64,000 nucleotides of DNA from IMGVR_UViG_3300010158_000027:186001-250000, one strand, 5' to 3'. Counted from the first letter of the stretch, positions 19,874 to 30,401 are shown. The notes: a model not told the origin generated them from the sequence alone. Numbers and translations are program-made.

Positions 19874-20278
19874 ATGAACAAAACTATACTATTATTTTTT
19901 TTATTGATTAGTACTAACTTTTTTTCACAAAAAATAGACAGTACCCAAATATACTTCCCATATACTGTGGGGAGACAAGTCCTATTAGATTTAAATGAAC
20001 TTGATAGGACTAAAGAGTTACTTATATCATCAAAAAATGAAATAATAGAATTAGAAAAGAAAGTACTGAAACAGGATAATGAAATAAAATCTTTAGAATT
20101 GATTGATAGTACAAGTCAAATTTTAATCATTAAAAGTGATGAAAAATTTAAAATAGTTGAAAAAGAAAATAAGAAATTAAATGACGACATGGGCAAATTA
20201 AAAACTAAAAACACCATTATTGAAGTAATATCGGGAGCGTTAGTTGTAGCCATAACCTATTTATCAATATTCAAGTAA
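19874..20278 (+). CDS. Signal-peptide coiled-coil protein with C-terminal hydrophobic segment (spanin-like partner)
   Basis: Signal-like N-terminus; C-terminal IIEVISGALVVAITYLSIF. Confidence 0.45.
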   Translation: MNKTILLFFLLISTNFFSQKIDSTQIYFPYTVGRQVLLDLNELDRTKELLISSKNEIIELEKKVLKQDNEIKSLELIDSTSQILIIKSDEKFKIVEKENKKLNDDMGKLKTKNTIIEVISGALVVAITYLSIFK

Positions 20279-20529
20279 TGGCATTTACACAAAGTGAAAA
20301 AGGCGAAATAGAATCTTTAGTTAGAAAAGAGATAAAAGACTTTTTGGGTTCTAACACATTGAAGCAATTTGAAAAAAGTATGATTGATAATGTGAAAAAA
20401 GAAATACAAAAAGGGACACTAAGAGGGGATATTACCGAATTCATATCTAAAGCATTTTATGAGTTTTATTATTTAATGTGGAGACAAAAGGCGACATGGG
20501 AAAGTTCAATTAAAAACATAAAGATATGA
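20278..20529 (+). CDS. Hypothetical protein
   Basis: Coupled start/stop. Confidence 0.6.
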   Translation: MAFTQSEKGEIESLVRKEIKDFLGSNTLKQFEKSMIDNVKKEIQKGTLRGDITEFISKAFYEFYYLMWRQKATWESSIKNIKI

Positions 20530-21044
20530 ATAAGAAGGTATTAGATAAATTAATTGAGCAGGCTTTCAAAGAAACTACAGAAGCAACAGGGTCAGGTTCT
20601 GCTGGTGGGTTTAGTGGACCAGCGTTTAGTATGTGGTCTGAGGATGATGAAGCTAAGTCTGAATATAAGAAAAAAGAGGAGGTTGAGGGTGAGTTTAAAG
20701 AGGCGACGTCGTCTTCGTCTGTTGGGGCTTACGACGCACCAGGATTCCAAGACGTTAATATGAGAGGTAATACTTTAAAAGGTAAAGGTACTTCTTGGAG
20801 AAAATCACAAATACCGGGAGGATCATTTGTTAATATTGACCCAAAATGTAAAAAGTTCCCATATTGTAGTCAAGGCGACAGTAAAGATAAACCGGTTAAA
20901 TTGAGTAAATCAGAACCAAAAAGGGTAAAAAAACGTAAAAATTCACCAATGAATGAAGCGATTTATAATGTATCATTAAGGACTGGTTTATCTGAAGAAC
21001 AAATAAAAAAAATAATATTATCGGTAATCGATAATACTTTATGA
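20526..21044 (+). CDS. Probable virion-associated protein (repeated xEAT.S.S.G motifs; CKKFPYC)
   Basis: Leader ending AFKE; two EAT-S/G-rich motifs. Confidence 0.55.
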   Translation: MNKKVLDKLIEQAFKETTEATGSGSAGGFSGPAFSMWSEDDEAKSEYKKKEEVEGEFKEATSSSSVGAYDAPGFQDVNMRGNTLKGKGTSWRKSQIPGGSFVNIDPKCKKFPYCSQGDSKDKPVKLSKSEPKRVKKRKNSPMNEAIYNVSLRTGLSEEQIKKIILSVIDNTL

Positions 21045-21065
21045 TTTTAAAGATATTTATTAAGT

Positions 21066-22118
21066 ATGGATAGAGAAATATTAAATATAGTAAATAGAGT
21101 GTTATCTGAGGAGATAACGGGTAGAATTAAAAACGTTAATAATAAAATTTTTGAATCTGATGTTATGAAAAAACAAATGTGTTCTGAGTGTGGTAGTAAA
21201 ATGATTGAAGGTGAATGTAATGAGTGTGGATATGGATCCACAGAAATGGGAGAAACGTTACACGGAAAGCAATATAGAATAGATAAAAATAAAAATAATA
21301 GAATAGATAGAGAAGACTTAAAAATGTTGAGATCTAAAAAAACGACTAATAAACATAGTGATGAGTTAGATGAGAACGATTGTGTCGAATGTGATAAGGG
21401 AGCTATGTATGAATTAGATATGAATGAATCCACTGGAGACAAACTTTATTTTTATGAGTCTGAAATGATTGATATGATTGAAACTATCGTCTTAGAAGAG
21501 AAGAAAAAATCAAAAAACAAACCAAAAGGTAAATCTAAAAACCCAATAAAATTAACAAAAGACAATCAAGATAAGTCTAAAAAACAAAATGACGATTATA
21601 TTGAAAGTGTTGTTAAAAAAATGAAAGGATACCTTAAAGATGGTTCTAAAGGTAAGTATGAAATGAATCCTAAACATTTTCCTAAAGGAAACGGAGAATT
21701 GGAAGTGATGGATAAAATGGCTTACATACCATCAAACGCAGTTAAAGATTACACGGATAATTACACCGCAGCCGGGTTGGAGAACATAGATTTTAAAGAT
21801 GGTATAAAACCAGATGAAGAATGGATGGATGACTTGGTGGTTGGTTCTTCTAGAACAGGTAATAATCCTGATTGGGCAAATGCTGTCGAAACCCCGGTTA
21901 ACCAGAAACGAAACCAAATTAGAAAAGATAATTTACTATCAAAATTAAAGGCTAAAGCGTATAATAAAGCTCCACAACCTGTTACTGACGTTACTGGAAG
22001 TAAAACAGATAAAGCATCTAAAGTATTGATTAATTTAGAATCTATTGAAGATAAAAAAATTATTAGTGATATTGAAAAAATGAAAAATTTATTTCAAAAT
22101 ATTAAAAAAACACAATAA
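21066..22118 (+). CDS. Late protein with CxxC ribbons
   Basis: TATTTAT 5 nt before ATG; leader ending VLSEE; CSECG, CNECG, CVEC. Confidence 0.65.
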   Translation: MDREILNIVNRVLSEEITGRIKNVNNKIFESDVMKKQMCSECGSKMIEGECNECGYGSTEMGETLHGKQYRIDKNKNNRIDREDLKMLRSKKTTNKHSDELDENDCVECDKGAMYELDMNESTGDKLYFYESEMIDMIETIVLEEKKKSKNKPKGKSKNPIKLTKDNQDKSKKQNDDYIESVVKKMKGYLKDGSKGKYEMNPKHFPKGNGELEVMDKMAYIPSNAVKDYTDNYTAAGLENIDFKDGIKPDEEWMDDLVVGSSRTGNNPDWANAVETPVNQKRNQIRKDNLLSKLKAKAYNKAPQPVTDVTGSKTDKASKVLINLESIEDKKIISDIEKMKNLFQNIKKTQ

Positions 22119-22159
22119 TTAATACTTTCATTTTATTCAATACGCATTACTATTAGATT

Positions 22160-22648
22160 ATGAAATCCGATAATAATATGGGACGTTTTTTTGATTGGTT
22201 GGCAAAACCAATGAGCCAAGAAGATATTACTGCTTGGTATTTAGCAAATAACATAACGCCCGAACTAACAGAACTCTTTAGAGACTTTTGTTTATCTTTT
22301 TTAAGCCTACTTAACGATACGTATTTAGGTGATGATTTTTCTGAAAATCAGGAAACTAAAATAGGTATGACTACAGAACAAAAGCAAGAACACTTTAAGT
22401 GGTGTTGGAAAAAAACTGCAGAAAATTTTAGTAAAGAAAATATCGACTTTAAATTTGGGGAACAAGACTCTGAGGTTTTTGAGGGTTTCTTCTTTGAGAT
22501 ATTTTATAATCAAAAAGATTTTGAAATTAAAGGGGCGATAAATGACTTCTTTAAACAAATATTTGATTATAAGTTTAAAAAAACTAAGTCCGACATTGAG
22601 ATTTTTACAGACATATATAAAGTTTTGGAAAGATCACTTAAAAAGTGA
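22160..22648 (+). CDS. Hypothetical protein
   Basis: 162-aa ORF. Confidence 0.65.
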   Translation: MKSDNNMGRFFDWLAKPMSQEDITAWYLANNITPELTELFRDFCLSFLSLLNDTYLGDDFSENQETKIGMTTEQKQEHFKWCWKKTAENFSKENIDFKFGEQDSEVFEGFFFEIFYNQKDFEIKGAINDFFKQIFDYKFKKTKSDIEIFTDIYKVLERSLKK

Positions 22649-22713
22649 AAAATACATTTACAAAGATAAATAAATGAATATTATATATAATAAAATTAAA
22701 TTTTAACAAAAAT

Positions 22714-22899
22714 ATGGAAACTTTAGAACAGATTAAAACATTGGTAGATACACTAACAGCTGAGACTACTAAATTTTACGAAAAGAAAAATAAATCTGCA
22801 GGTACGAGAGCTAGAAAAGCGGCACAACAACTTAAAGATTTAATGCAAGTATTGAGAAAAGAGATATTAGCAGACACAAAAGAAAATGAAAATGATTAA
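22714..22899 (+). CDS. Histone H1-like Hc1-family small DNA-binding protein
   Basis: NKSAGTRARKA..QLK.L...LRK motif of the Bacteroidota Hc1-like family. Confidence 0.75.
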   Translation: METLEQIKTLVDTLTAETTKFYEKKNKSAGTRARKAAQQLKDLMQVLRKEILADTKENEND

Positions 22900-23083
22900 T
22901 ATAGTAGACACGGTTTTAACGTTCTTATTTATATTCTCAACCATATCTTTGGTTAGGTTAGGTGTTAATTTTTTAAAGGCATTACTGTCCAACCCACCAA
23001 AACCGTTTGAGTTTGAAAAATACGAAACAATGATGTATGGTTTATTCGTGTCTTACATAATCACTTACTTAATTAATTTTTAA
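22886..23083 (+). CDS. Small two-TM membrane protein
   Basis: Two hydrophobic segments. Confidence 0.6.
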   Translation: MKMINIVDTVLTFLFIFSTISLVRLGVNFLKALLSNPPKPFEFEKYETMMYGLFVSYIITYLINF

Positions 23084-23084
23084 T

Positions 23085-23519
23085 ATGATTTTTAGCCAAT
23101 TTATAAATAAAACAAATAAATACCTTAAATCGGTTAGGGTATTAAAAAACTACGTGAGTTTTGACATGATATTTCCGAGTAGTTGGTTATTACCTAAGAA
23201 ATTTCCAGAAGGGGTTGAAGTTCTACAAAACGAGAGTCAAGAAAGTATTTTAATAACTTCGTTTGTTTGTGAAAATAAACAAACCCTTATAGACGTTTTA
23301 GAATCGACTATGGATAATATTATAAAGAGTAATATCGAAAGAGAAGAAAAGGAAAGATTATTTAAAACTAAGGTACAGGAGTTAAAAGGTATATTTGAAA
23401 ATCAAAACCTTGAAAACTTAAAAGGTTTAAAATTTGACATCGAGGAACTAACTAAATTTATGAAAGATGAGGAATCAGAAATCAATAGCGGAGTTGCAGA
23501 AGCAACTGAAAATGTTTAA
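23085..23519 (+). CDS. Hypothetical protein
   Basis: In operon. Confidence 0.65.
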   Translation: MIFSQFINKTNKYLKSVRVLKNYVSFDMIFPSSWLLPKKFPEGVEVLQNESQESILITSFVCENKQTLIDVLESTMDNIIKSNIEREEKERLFKTKVQELKGIFENQNLENLKGLKFDIEELTKFMKDEESEINSGVAEATENV

Positions 23520-23679
23520 AGACGAGGAACAAATAACTAAAAAATTCTCAGAGGATTATAAAAATAAAGTCTCTGAAGAAATAAAAAAGTTCAACCCGAA
23601 GGATATTAAAAATACACTGAGCGTCGAGGAAAAATTTACAACATGGCAAAGAATATTGAGGACTTTAGGGGTGAGTTAA
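23467..23679 (+). CDS. Small coiled-coil protein
   Basis: Overlapping operon ORF. Confidence 0.5.
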   Translation: MRNQKSIAELQKQLKMFKDEEQITKKFSEDYKNKVSEEIKKFNPKDIKNTLSVEEKFTTWQRILRTLGVS

Positions 23680-23864
23680 GTAAAATTGCTCAATCTATCG
23701 AAATATTAGAAAATACATTCATTAAACAAGGTTTAGACGAAATAAGGGTATCTTTGAAAGAGGATACCTTTAATGATTTAATGATTGAGCTAAACAATAA
23801 TATCAAAGACGATAAATGTATTGTTTCAATTGGAAATACTAATATTATCTTTTCGAAAAAGTAG
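23643..23864 (+). CDS. Hypothetical protein
   Basis: Overlapping operon ORF. Confidence 0.55.
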   Translation: MAKNIEDFRGELSKIAQSIEILENTFIKQGLDEIRVSLKEDTFNDLMIELNNNIKDDKCIVSIGNTNIIFSKK

Positions 23865-24489
23865 TTTTTAATCTATATAATCTTTTTTTCTCAAACCCCT
23901 TCTCCTCTAATACACCATATATCCATTTTCTTTGTGCTGTAGACACGTCTCTAACAAAAATACCATCACTTCTACCGACACTAATAAAATAATCCTGTAG
24001 AGACTCTAAAAATCTTATAGACTCGTCTTTGTCCTTCAAAGAAAAAACACTAACATCTGAATTGATTTGTATACAAATTTTATTATTTAATGTGAATATG
24101 CTTTTTAAATCTTTTGTTTTACAATAGGTTTTAACAAGACTTAGTAATGTGATTTTAGATTTATTCTGCCAGTCGTATATGAGTTCCTCAGTATAATACT
24201 TTTCTATTTTTAAAAAAACGTACTCTGGGTTTTCTAAATTTACCGGGACATTCCTACCTAAATCATCCGTTAAAAATAAACTATTTTGAATTTTAGTCTT
24301 ATTTGTTAAAATTGCCAACTCATAGTTTGATTCTTCCGCATTTTCTATTAACTTTGGAAATAAAACCGAACTACTTTGTTTAACAAGTTCATTGAATTTA
24401 TCTAACGAACGTTTTTCTGTACGGTAACGTTTGATAATTTTTCTTTTTTTCCTATTTTTAAATAAAACTATTAAGAAATCCAATTGCAT
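23845..24489 (-). CDS. Hypothetical protein
   Basis: 214-aa ORF with no competing long + strand ORF. Confidence 0.65.
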   Translation of the reverse strand: MQLDFLIVLFKNRKKRKIIKRYRTEKRSLDKFNELVKQSSSVLFPKLIENAEESNYELAILTNKTKIQNSLFLTDDLGRNVPVNLENPEYVFLKIEKYYTEELIYDWQNKSKITLLSLVKTYCKTKDLKSIFTLNNKICIQINSDVSVFSLKDKDESIRFLESLQDYFISVGRSDGIFVRDVSTAQRKWIYGVLEEKGFEKKRLYRLKTTFSKR

Positions 24490-25477
24490 GAAAAATTACT
24501 ATGAAATTTTAGGTGTTGACGAAAAAGCAACACAAGCCGAAATAAAAAAAGCATATAGAAAATTAAGTAAACAATATCATCCAGATGTAAACCCTGACGG
24601 TGAAGAAAAGTTTAAAGATATTTCTGCGGCGTATGACAATATTGGAGATCCCAATAAGAGAAAAAATTACGATAATCAAAAAAGCAATCCATTTGCTGGT
24701 ATGGGTGGGGGATTTGATGTTAATTCTATGTTCGAACAAATGGTGAACGGTAATAGACAGAGACAACCAAAGGCTCCTGATAAAATTTTAGAGATAGTAT
24801 TAACTCCAGTTGATAGTTTTTTTGGCGTTAAAAAAGACATAGACTACGACGTATATTTAAAGTGTGATCCATGTGATGGGACTGGTGGGGAAAAGACTGG
24901 TTGCGCCACCTGTAAAGGTAGAGGGGTAGTCATCCAAATTTTTGGTACTGGTATGTTTAGACAACAGGTCCAAATGAATTGTAATTCCTGTAATGGGCAA
25001 GGATCAATACTTAAACGTAGATGTGAATCATGTATTGGTAACGGGGTAATACCAAGCAAAGAAAAATTAAATGTGGATATACCAAAAAATGTTGATAACG
25101 GTGATCATATGAGAGTTAGACTTAGAGGCGATTATTACCAACAATCCAAAATGAGAGGAGACTTAATTTTAAAGGTTACCATCAACAATACCGATAAATT
25201 TGAAAAAATGGGTCTAGATCTTATTTTAAAGATGAAGTTAGATGTATTAGATTTAATTGTTATGGATGATTTAGAAGTCGAACATCCTGAAGGTAATTTA
25301 AAAATAAAAATGCCACTTAATTTTGATTCTGATAAACCATTAAGGATGCCGAATAAAGGGTATACTATTGATGGTAATAGAGGACATTTTTATTTAAAAC
25401 TATCCGTTAAAAAGGACGGGAATGTTGATGATACTATTAAAGATGAGATTAGAAATGTTTTAAAACAAACTAATTAG
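24488..25477 (+). CDS. dnaJ: DnaJ co-chaperone
   Basis: MKNYYEILGV J-domain with HPD; four CxxCxGxG repeats; C-terminal domain. Confidence 0.92.
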   Translation: MKNYYEILGVDEKATQAEIKKAYRKLSKQYHPDVNPDGEEKFKDISAAYDNIGDPNKRKNYDNQKSNPFAGMGGGFDVNSMFEQMVNGNRQRQPKAPDKILEIVLTPVDSFFGVKKDIDYDVYLKCDPCDGTGGEKTGCATCKGRGVVIQIFGTGMFRQQVQMNCNSCNGQGSILKRRCESCIGNGVIPSKEKLNVDIPKNVDNGDHMRVRLRGDYYQQSKMRGDLILKVTINNTDKFEKMGLDLILKMKLDVLDLIVMDDLEVEHPEGNLKIKMPLNFDSDKPLRMPNKGYTIDGNRGHFYLKLSVKKDGNVDDTIKDEIRNVLKQTN

Positions 25478-25633
25478 ATATTCAGCTATTTTAATTGTAC
25501 CGTATATCGATGTACCAAACATATATACTGATATTACTAAAATACCTTTTTGAGTTTTAGATAGTGGGTCCTTACATGTCTTACATCCGCTCACTTTAGT
25601 TGGTCCTTCATTTTCTTTTAATTCGTTTTCCAT
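25460..25633 (-). CDS. Small CxxC membrane protein
   Basis: GCKTCK followed by a TM helix; minus-strand TATTTAT upstream. Confidence 0.6.
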   Translation of the reverse strand: MENELKENEGPTKVSGCKTCKDPLSKTQKGILVISVYMFGTSIYGTIKIAEYLISLF

Positions 25634-25813
25634 GGCTTTTTTATAAACATAATTATTATAAGTTGACATATAAATAAAAAATAATTATTTTAAATAAATT
25701 TATTGGTTGGGGGATAGAAATTTAAAGGGGGGGACATACTACTGATAACTTGTTTTTAAAAGGAAAAAGATTATACTTAATAAGATTAATAAATAAGAAA
25801 TAAAATAAATAAC

Positions 25814-26656
25814 ATGGCATTGAGTTATATTGGTGGTAAGAGTAAGATTGGAAAGTGGATTGTACCTTTCTACGATAAAGATATGGAAACGTATGTGGAA
25901 ACGTTCGGGGGGATGTATTGGTGTTTCTTTAATATGGACTTGAAACAGTTCCCCAACCTAAAGAAAGTCGTTTACAATGACTTTAATCCACTTAATTATA
26001 ACTTGTTCAAATGTATTCAAAACCCCACAAGGTTGTTAGAGGAAATAAACTCGATTCCTTGTCAGAAGTTCGGGGAGGAACCAACACCACCAATATATAA
26101 AGAACAGTTTGTAAGGTTTCAGGCTGAAATTTTTAATGAAGGTTTCAGCTTAGAACCTGGCGATTATGAAGTTGCCGCTAAATACGTATATGTGCTAACA
26201 CAAGTATTTAGTGGTTCTAAACCTGAAACAAGTTCGTTTATTGATTTGAAAGGGAAGTATAAGTCAAAATACTTAACGTTTAGAGATAAACTTTCTAAAC
26301 CTGATTGGATTGAACACTTTTTAAAAATCACCCACGTTGAGAATATGGATTTTGCTGACGTGATTAAAAAGTATGATTCACCAACGACATACATTTATTT
26401 GGATCCACCATATTGGAAGACAGAAAACTACTATTCGAACCACGATTTTGATAGAGAGGATCACGAAAGATTGGCTATTTGTTTAAAAGATGTGAAGGGT
26501 AAGTTTTCCTTATCGTATTATGATTTCCCATTATTATCTGAATGGTTTCCCAAAGATCAATACTCTTGGGAGAAAAAAGAATTCGCAAAAGCGGCGGCAG
26601 CAAAAAAAGGAACAAAACAAAATATGGGAGAGGAATTATTAATAATGAACTATTAA
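25814..26656 (+). CDS. dam: Dam-like (D12 class) N6-adenine DNA methyltransferase
   Basis: LSYIGGKS, YVETFGG, VYNDFN, YLDPPY. Confidence 0.85.
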   Translation: MALSYIGGKSKIGKWIVPFYDKDMETYVETFGGMYWCFFNMDLKQFPNLKKVVYNDFNPLNYNLFKCIQNPTRLLEEINSIPCQKFGEEPTPPIYKEQFVRFQAEIFNEGFSLEPGDYEVAAKYVYVLTQVFSGSKPETSSFIDLKGKYKSKYLTFRDKLSKPDWIEHFLKITHVENMDFADVIKKYDSPTTYIYLDPPYWKTENYYSNHDFDREDHERLAICLKDVKGKFSLSYYDFPLLSEWFPKDQYSWEKKEFAKAAAAKKGTKQNMGEELLIMNY

Positions 26657-26704
26657 ATAACATTTTTCTTATATTTGTGATATTTATTAATAAAACTATT
26701 TAAA

Positions 26705-28018
26705 ATGGCTATTAGATTTACAGACATCCTAAGAGATTTGATAATTGAAAACGCGAGATTTCAAATCCTTTTAGACAAATACGCAAAACCTTCAAAGGAG
26801 AAAAAGGCGGCAATATCCTTCAAAACGTTGTTTAAGCTCATCGCGGCTGACCCAACGACAAGAGTACCGAATGGTATCGATCCTGATAATGTGAGTCAAA
26901 AAGACATGGACAAGGTAAAAATTGGAAAGTATGTTCAATGGATACTTAAAAATTATATACAACCTGATGTTGAGTTTGATCCTAATGGTCAGGCGATGGA
27001 GGATTTGTATACGGTTACTTCTGATTTAATGAAGTATGAAAGATTTAAAAATAGAATTCCAGAAGAGTTTAGAGATATTAATAAGTTAACACCGGCGACA
27101 TTATACGATCAAGTTAAAGATTTTTCATTAGAAAAAACTAAGGCAAGTAAAGAAGAAAAGGCTGAAGCGTCAGTTACATACCAATACCCTGGAGCTGAAA
27201 TCGTTTATCGTGGAAGTCAATGGACGGTTGCTAGAATCGAGGATAAAGGTGAGTTAGGTAAGAAGGCGGCGTGTTTTTATGGTGGAAACCATTTGGAGCC
27301 ATCTAAGGGTGAAACAAGATGGTGTACATCATCCCCTGGACTTACATGGTTCGAAAGATACATCGCTAAAGGACCTCTTTATGTGGTTATACCAAATTCT
27401 CCACAAGCGTTTACTAGTAGCATGGATGTTGGACAAAGTTCAGGACTTCCAGCTCTTAGATACCAATTCCATTTCCCTGATAATCAGTATATGGATCCTG
27501 CCGATCATCAAATTGACTTGGTTGAATTCTTAAACAAACAAGAGCCAGGACTTAAAGAGTATTTTAAACCTGAGTTCATGAGTGGACTGACATCTAAAAA
27601 CGGGAAAAAAGTTACAGTTAACTATCCTGGAGATTCAGCATCTAAATTCATCGCTCTATATGGTTTTGATGATTTCTTCGATACTTTACCTGAAAACATT
27701 GAAAGACTTGAGTTCACCAAAAAAGGTGGGGAACCGTTATCATTGGTGATTCCAGATACTATCGGTAAGTTTAAAAGCTTAACTGCGATACACTTAGTTG
27801 GATGTGTTAGTGAAATACCTGAATCGCTTTGTAGTCTTGAAAAATTACAATTCCTTTCATTACCTGAGAATCCAAATATGAAACCATTACCTGCTTGTTT
27901 GGTTAATTTACCAAGATTAACGGTACTTAATATGAAAGGTAGTAATCCTAGCACGTCGATACCTGATGATTTAAGAAAGAAAATGGATTCTGATGATAAT
28001 TTCCATTTATTTGCTTAA
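26705..28018 (+). CDS. Late protein with C-terminal leucine-rich repeats
   Basis: TATTTAT upstream; leader ending LIIE; ETRWCTS motif; LxxLxxLxL repeats (IPESLCSLEKLQFLSL, LPACLVNLPRLTVLNM). Confidence 0.75.
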   Translation: MAIRFTDILRDLIIENARFQILLDKYAKPSKEKKAAISFKTLFKLIAADPTTRVPNGIDPDNVSQKDMDKVKIGKYVQWILKNYIQPDVEFDPNGQAMEDLYTVTSDLMKYERFKNRIPEEFRDINKLTPATLYDQVKDFSLEKTKASKEEKAEASVTYQYPGAEIVYRGSQWTVARIEDKGELGKKAACFYGGNHLEPSKGETRWCTSSPGLTWFERYIAKGPLYVVIPNSPQAFTSSMDVGQSSGLPALRYQFHFPDNQYMDPADHQIDLVEFLNKQEPGLKEYFKPEFMSGLTSKNGKKVTVNYPGDSASKFIALYGFDDFFDTLPENIERLEFTKKGGEPLSLVIPDTIGKFKSLTAIHLVGCVSEIPESLCSLEKLQFLSLPENPNMKPLPACLVNLPRLTVLNMKGSNPSTSIPDDLRKKMDSDDNFHLFA

Positions 28019-28077
28019 GGTTATTTGTAATAACCAAAATGTTTAGTATTTTTGTTTAAAGTTTAAAAATTTTGGGA

Positions 28078-28362
28078 ATGAGTTTAGAAATTGAAATATA
28101 CATGAGTCAGTTTAAAGGGTTTTTTAGTAAAAATCCTGATCAATTGAAAATTCTAATAGGTGACGTTGAACCGGAATCTTTTTATGTTAAAATAAGAGAA
28201 ACCGTAGAAAAAAATGTCACAGAAGAAAAGTCCGTCGAACCAACAAGAAAACAAATTCTTGAAATTCTAGTTGAAATAAATAGTGGTGTACCTGTCGACG
28301 AAAAAAAGTTAATGAAATTGCCCTTTATGGAGCACCGTATGGGGTTAATCTGTTTGAATTAG
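28078..28362 (+). CDS. Hypothetical protein
   Basis: Follows a TTTG-N19-TATTTTTG promoter. Confidence 0.6.
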   Translation: MSLEIEIYMSQFKGFFSKNPDQLKILIGDVEPESFYVKIRETVEKNVTEEKSVEPTRKQILEILVEINSGVPVDEKKLMKLPFMEHRMGLICLN

Positions 28363-28384
28363 TAATCTTTTAATTATACGTTTT

Positions 28385-30055
28385 ATGTCAGATGTGACAA
28401 CACTTTTTAAAAAACAACAAGTTATTTATACAACTGAGGTTTTTGAGAATTACAACAAAATACCAACAGTAAAAAAAGATAGTGATCCGATGGATATCTT
28501 TACTCATGTTTCAGCAACCCCTATACGATCGTTCGGGACATTCACATTGAAGTATACAACTCATGACGAAAACCTTTTTTTAGAAAACTACGGAACACCA
28601 TTGGCTAGTGTACATATGAGAAGAAAAACCTTAGTTATTGAGGAGACCGAAAATAAAATCGCACTTAAAATTTATAGTTATAATAATATTAGAGACGTAT
28701 CAAAAAGATTTTTTAGAGTTAGACGTGAAATTAGTTATCTGACATTCAACATTAAAAGAAAAACATTTTATTCGGGAATACTTAGACTTAAAAAACGAGC
28801 TAAAGTTGGATCTAAAATGTCCATGTATAGAACCGACTTAAATACTATGGAGGTTATTAACAGTTTACGTTATTTTAATATGGACCCCAACCCTAACTAT
28901 AGTACTAATCCCCTCTATGATGAGGTGACTAAAATATTTTTAGATAGGGTTGCTGAGAGAATGGACGTTAAGTTTGATAATGAAGATATGTTGCCAGAGG
29001 ATAAATTCTATCAGTTGTATTTGAAATTCTCAGGAATTAAATACCCAGACGCATTCTCTAAGTTCAAATCATACTACACACCAAAAAAAGAAATTAGGGA
29101 AAGTGGGAATAATCTGGTTACTTGGTTCATGACTAAAAATAAGTTTAAAGGAACAAAAATCAGAACGTTATTAAATAAATATAATAATGTTGACTTGCGA
29201 GGGGTTAATGAATTTTATAGTCTACTAGGACAAGACTTATTTAATAAAGTTAATAATGAGTGCTTTTTAAATGACACCGCCATAGGTGAGTACTTTAATG
29301 GGGTATACACTACACAAGTTTATGATTTAAGTAAAAAGGAACGTGAAAACATTGTTAAAATATTAAACACAACAACCACCAATACGTTATTAAACTCTTT
29401 ATATGATCACATCCGATATAAATCATCCTTAGCTCGATATGGTGAAAACGTTAAAATTTTAGCAACTAACTACGATGATTACGTTGTTGAACATACAGAA
29501 TGGTCGACGATTGTGCAATCTTATCGAACTGGTGTGGTTAATCGATTCTACGGTGATGATGCGTATTTGATTGAAAAACCAATTATTCATGATGGGGAAA
29601 CATATTACCCCGTACTACTAAAAACGACAGAACAATACGAGTGTGAGTCTATGATTCAAAATAACTGCGTTAGAACTTATAGTGAGAAACCTTATTGTTT
29701 TATTGTGTCTTTAAGAAAGGGGAATGTGAATGGTAATGACAGAGCTAGTGTTGAGCTACGATACTCGAAAGACGGACTTAAGGTTATGCAAAAACTAGGT
29801 AGATTCAATAAACCACTTACAGATGAGTGGATATCACCAATTAACGAATTGGAAGGGTTCGCCAAGTATCTTTATGGTAAAGACATCATAAAATTACCAT
29901 TAATGGAGAAAAGATTTCCAAATGGTAAGGTGGTTAAAACACTGTCTATATTTAAAAATGATGACATGATTAAAAATATGTACCCGGTTTGGAATAATGG
30001 TAATTGTGCTTTACAAGAGAATATGGTGGATTATAATCTATTAGACGATTTTTGA
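28385..30055 (+). CDS. PcfJ-like domain protein
   Basis: C-terminal ESMIQNNCVRTY..FIVSLR..RASVEL..QKLGRFN. Confidence 0.7.
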   Translation: MSDVTTLFKKQQVIYTTEVFENYNKIPTVKKDSDPMDIFTHVSATPIRSFGTFTLKYTTHDENLFLENYGTPLASVHMRRKTLVIEETENKIALKIYSYNNIRDVSKRFFRVRREISYLTFNIKRKTFYSGILRLKKRAKVGSKMSMYRTDLNTMEVINSLRYFNMDPNPNYSTNPLYDEVTKIFLDRVAERMDVKFDNEDMLPEDKFYQLYLKFSGIKYPDAFSKFKSYYTPKKEIRESGNNLVTWFMTKNKFKGTKIRTLLNKYNNVDLRGVNEFYSLLGQDLFNKVNNECFLNDTAIGEYFNGVYTTQVYDLSKKERENIVKILNTTTTNTLLNSLYDHIRYKSSLARYGENVKILATNYDDYVVEHTEWSTIVQSYRTGVVNRFYGDDAYLIEKPIIHDGETYYPVLLKTTEQYECESMIQNNCVRTYSEKPYCFIVSLRKGNVNGNDRASVELRYSKDGLKVMQKLGRFNKPLTDEWISPINELEGFAKYLYGKDIIKLPLMEKRFPNGKVVKTLSIFKNDDMIKNMYPVWNNGNCALQENMVDYNLLDDF

Positions 30056-30056
30056 T

Positions 30057-30401
30057 ATGGAAGAAAAAAAAGATTTTATACTACCTAACTACATAACGGA
30101 GATATATGAGTCGTCCTTTACTATTTTACCATCTATTATACAAACAAAAAATATAACAAAGGAAGGTATTGATGAATTGATAAAAAAAAATAAATTAGTT
30201 TGGTATCGAAAGTTTTTTGACGGCAACAAGTTATTTAATTTAGAGGGGTTATTAATGTATGGGACTAAGATGGATATGATTTATTATGAAAAAGTGGGGG
30301 GAGAAAGTGTCTATACTTTATATATTCTAACAAATGGGGAGAATGATGAGATGATTTCCTTTTTAATAAAAAGTCTAAATAAATTCAATACAATCGATTA
30401 A
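30057..30401 (+). CDS. Hypothetical protein
   Basis: In operon. Confidence 0.6.
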   Translation: MEEKKDFILPNYITEIYESSFTILPSIIQTKNITKEGIDELIKKNKLVWYRKFFDGNKLFNLEGLLMYGTKMDMIYYEKVGGESVYTLYILTNGENDEMISFLIKSLNKFNTID

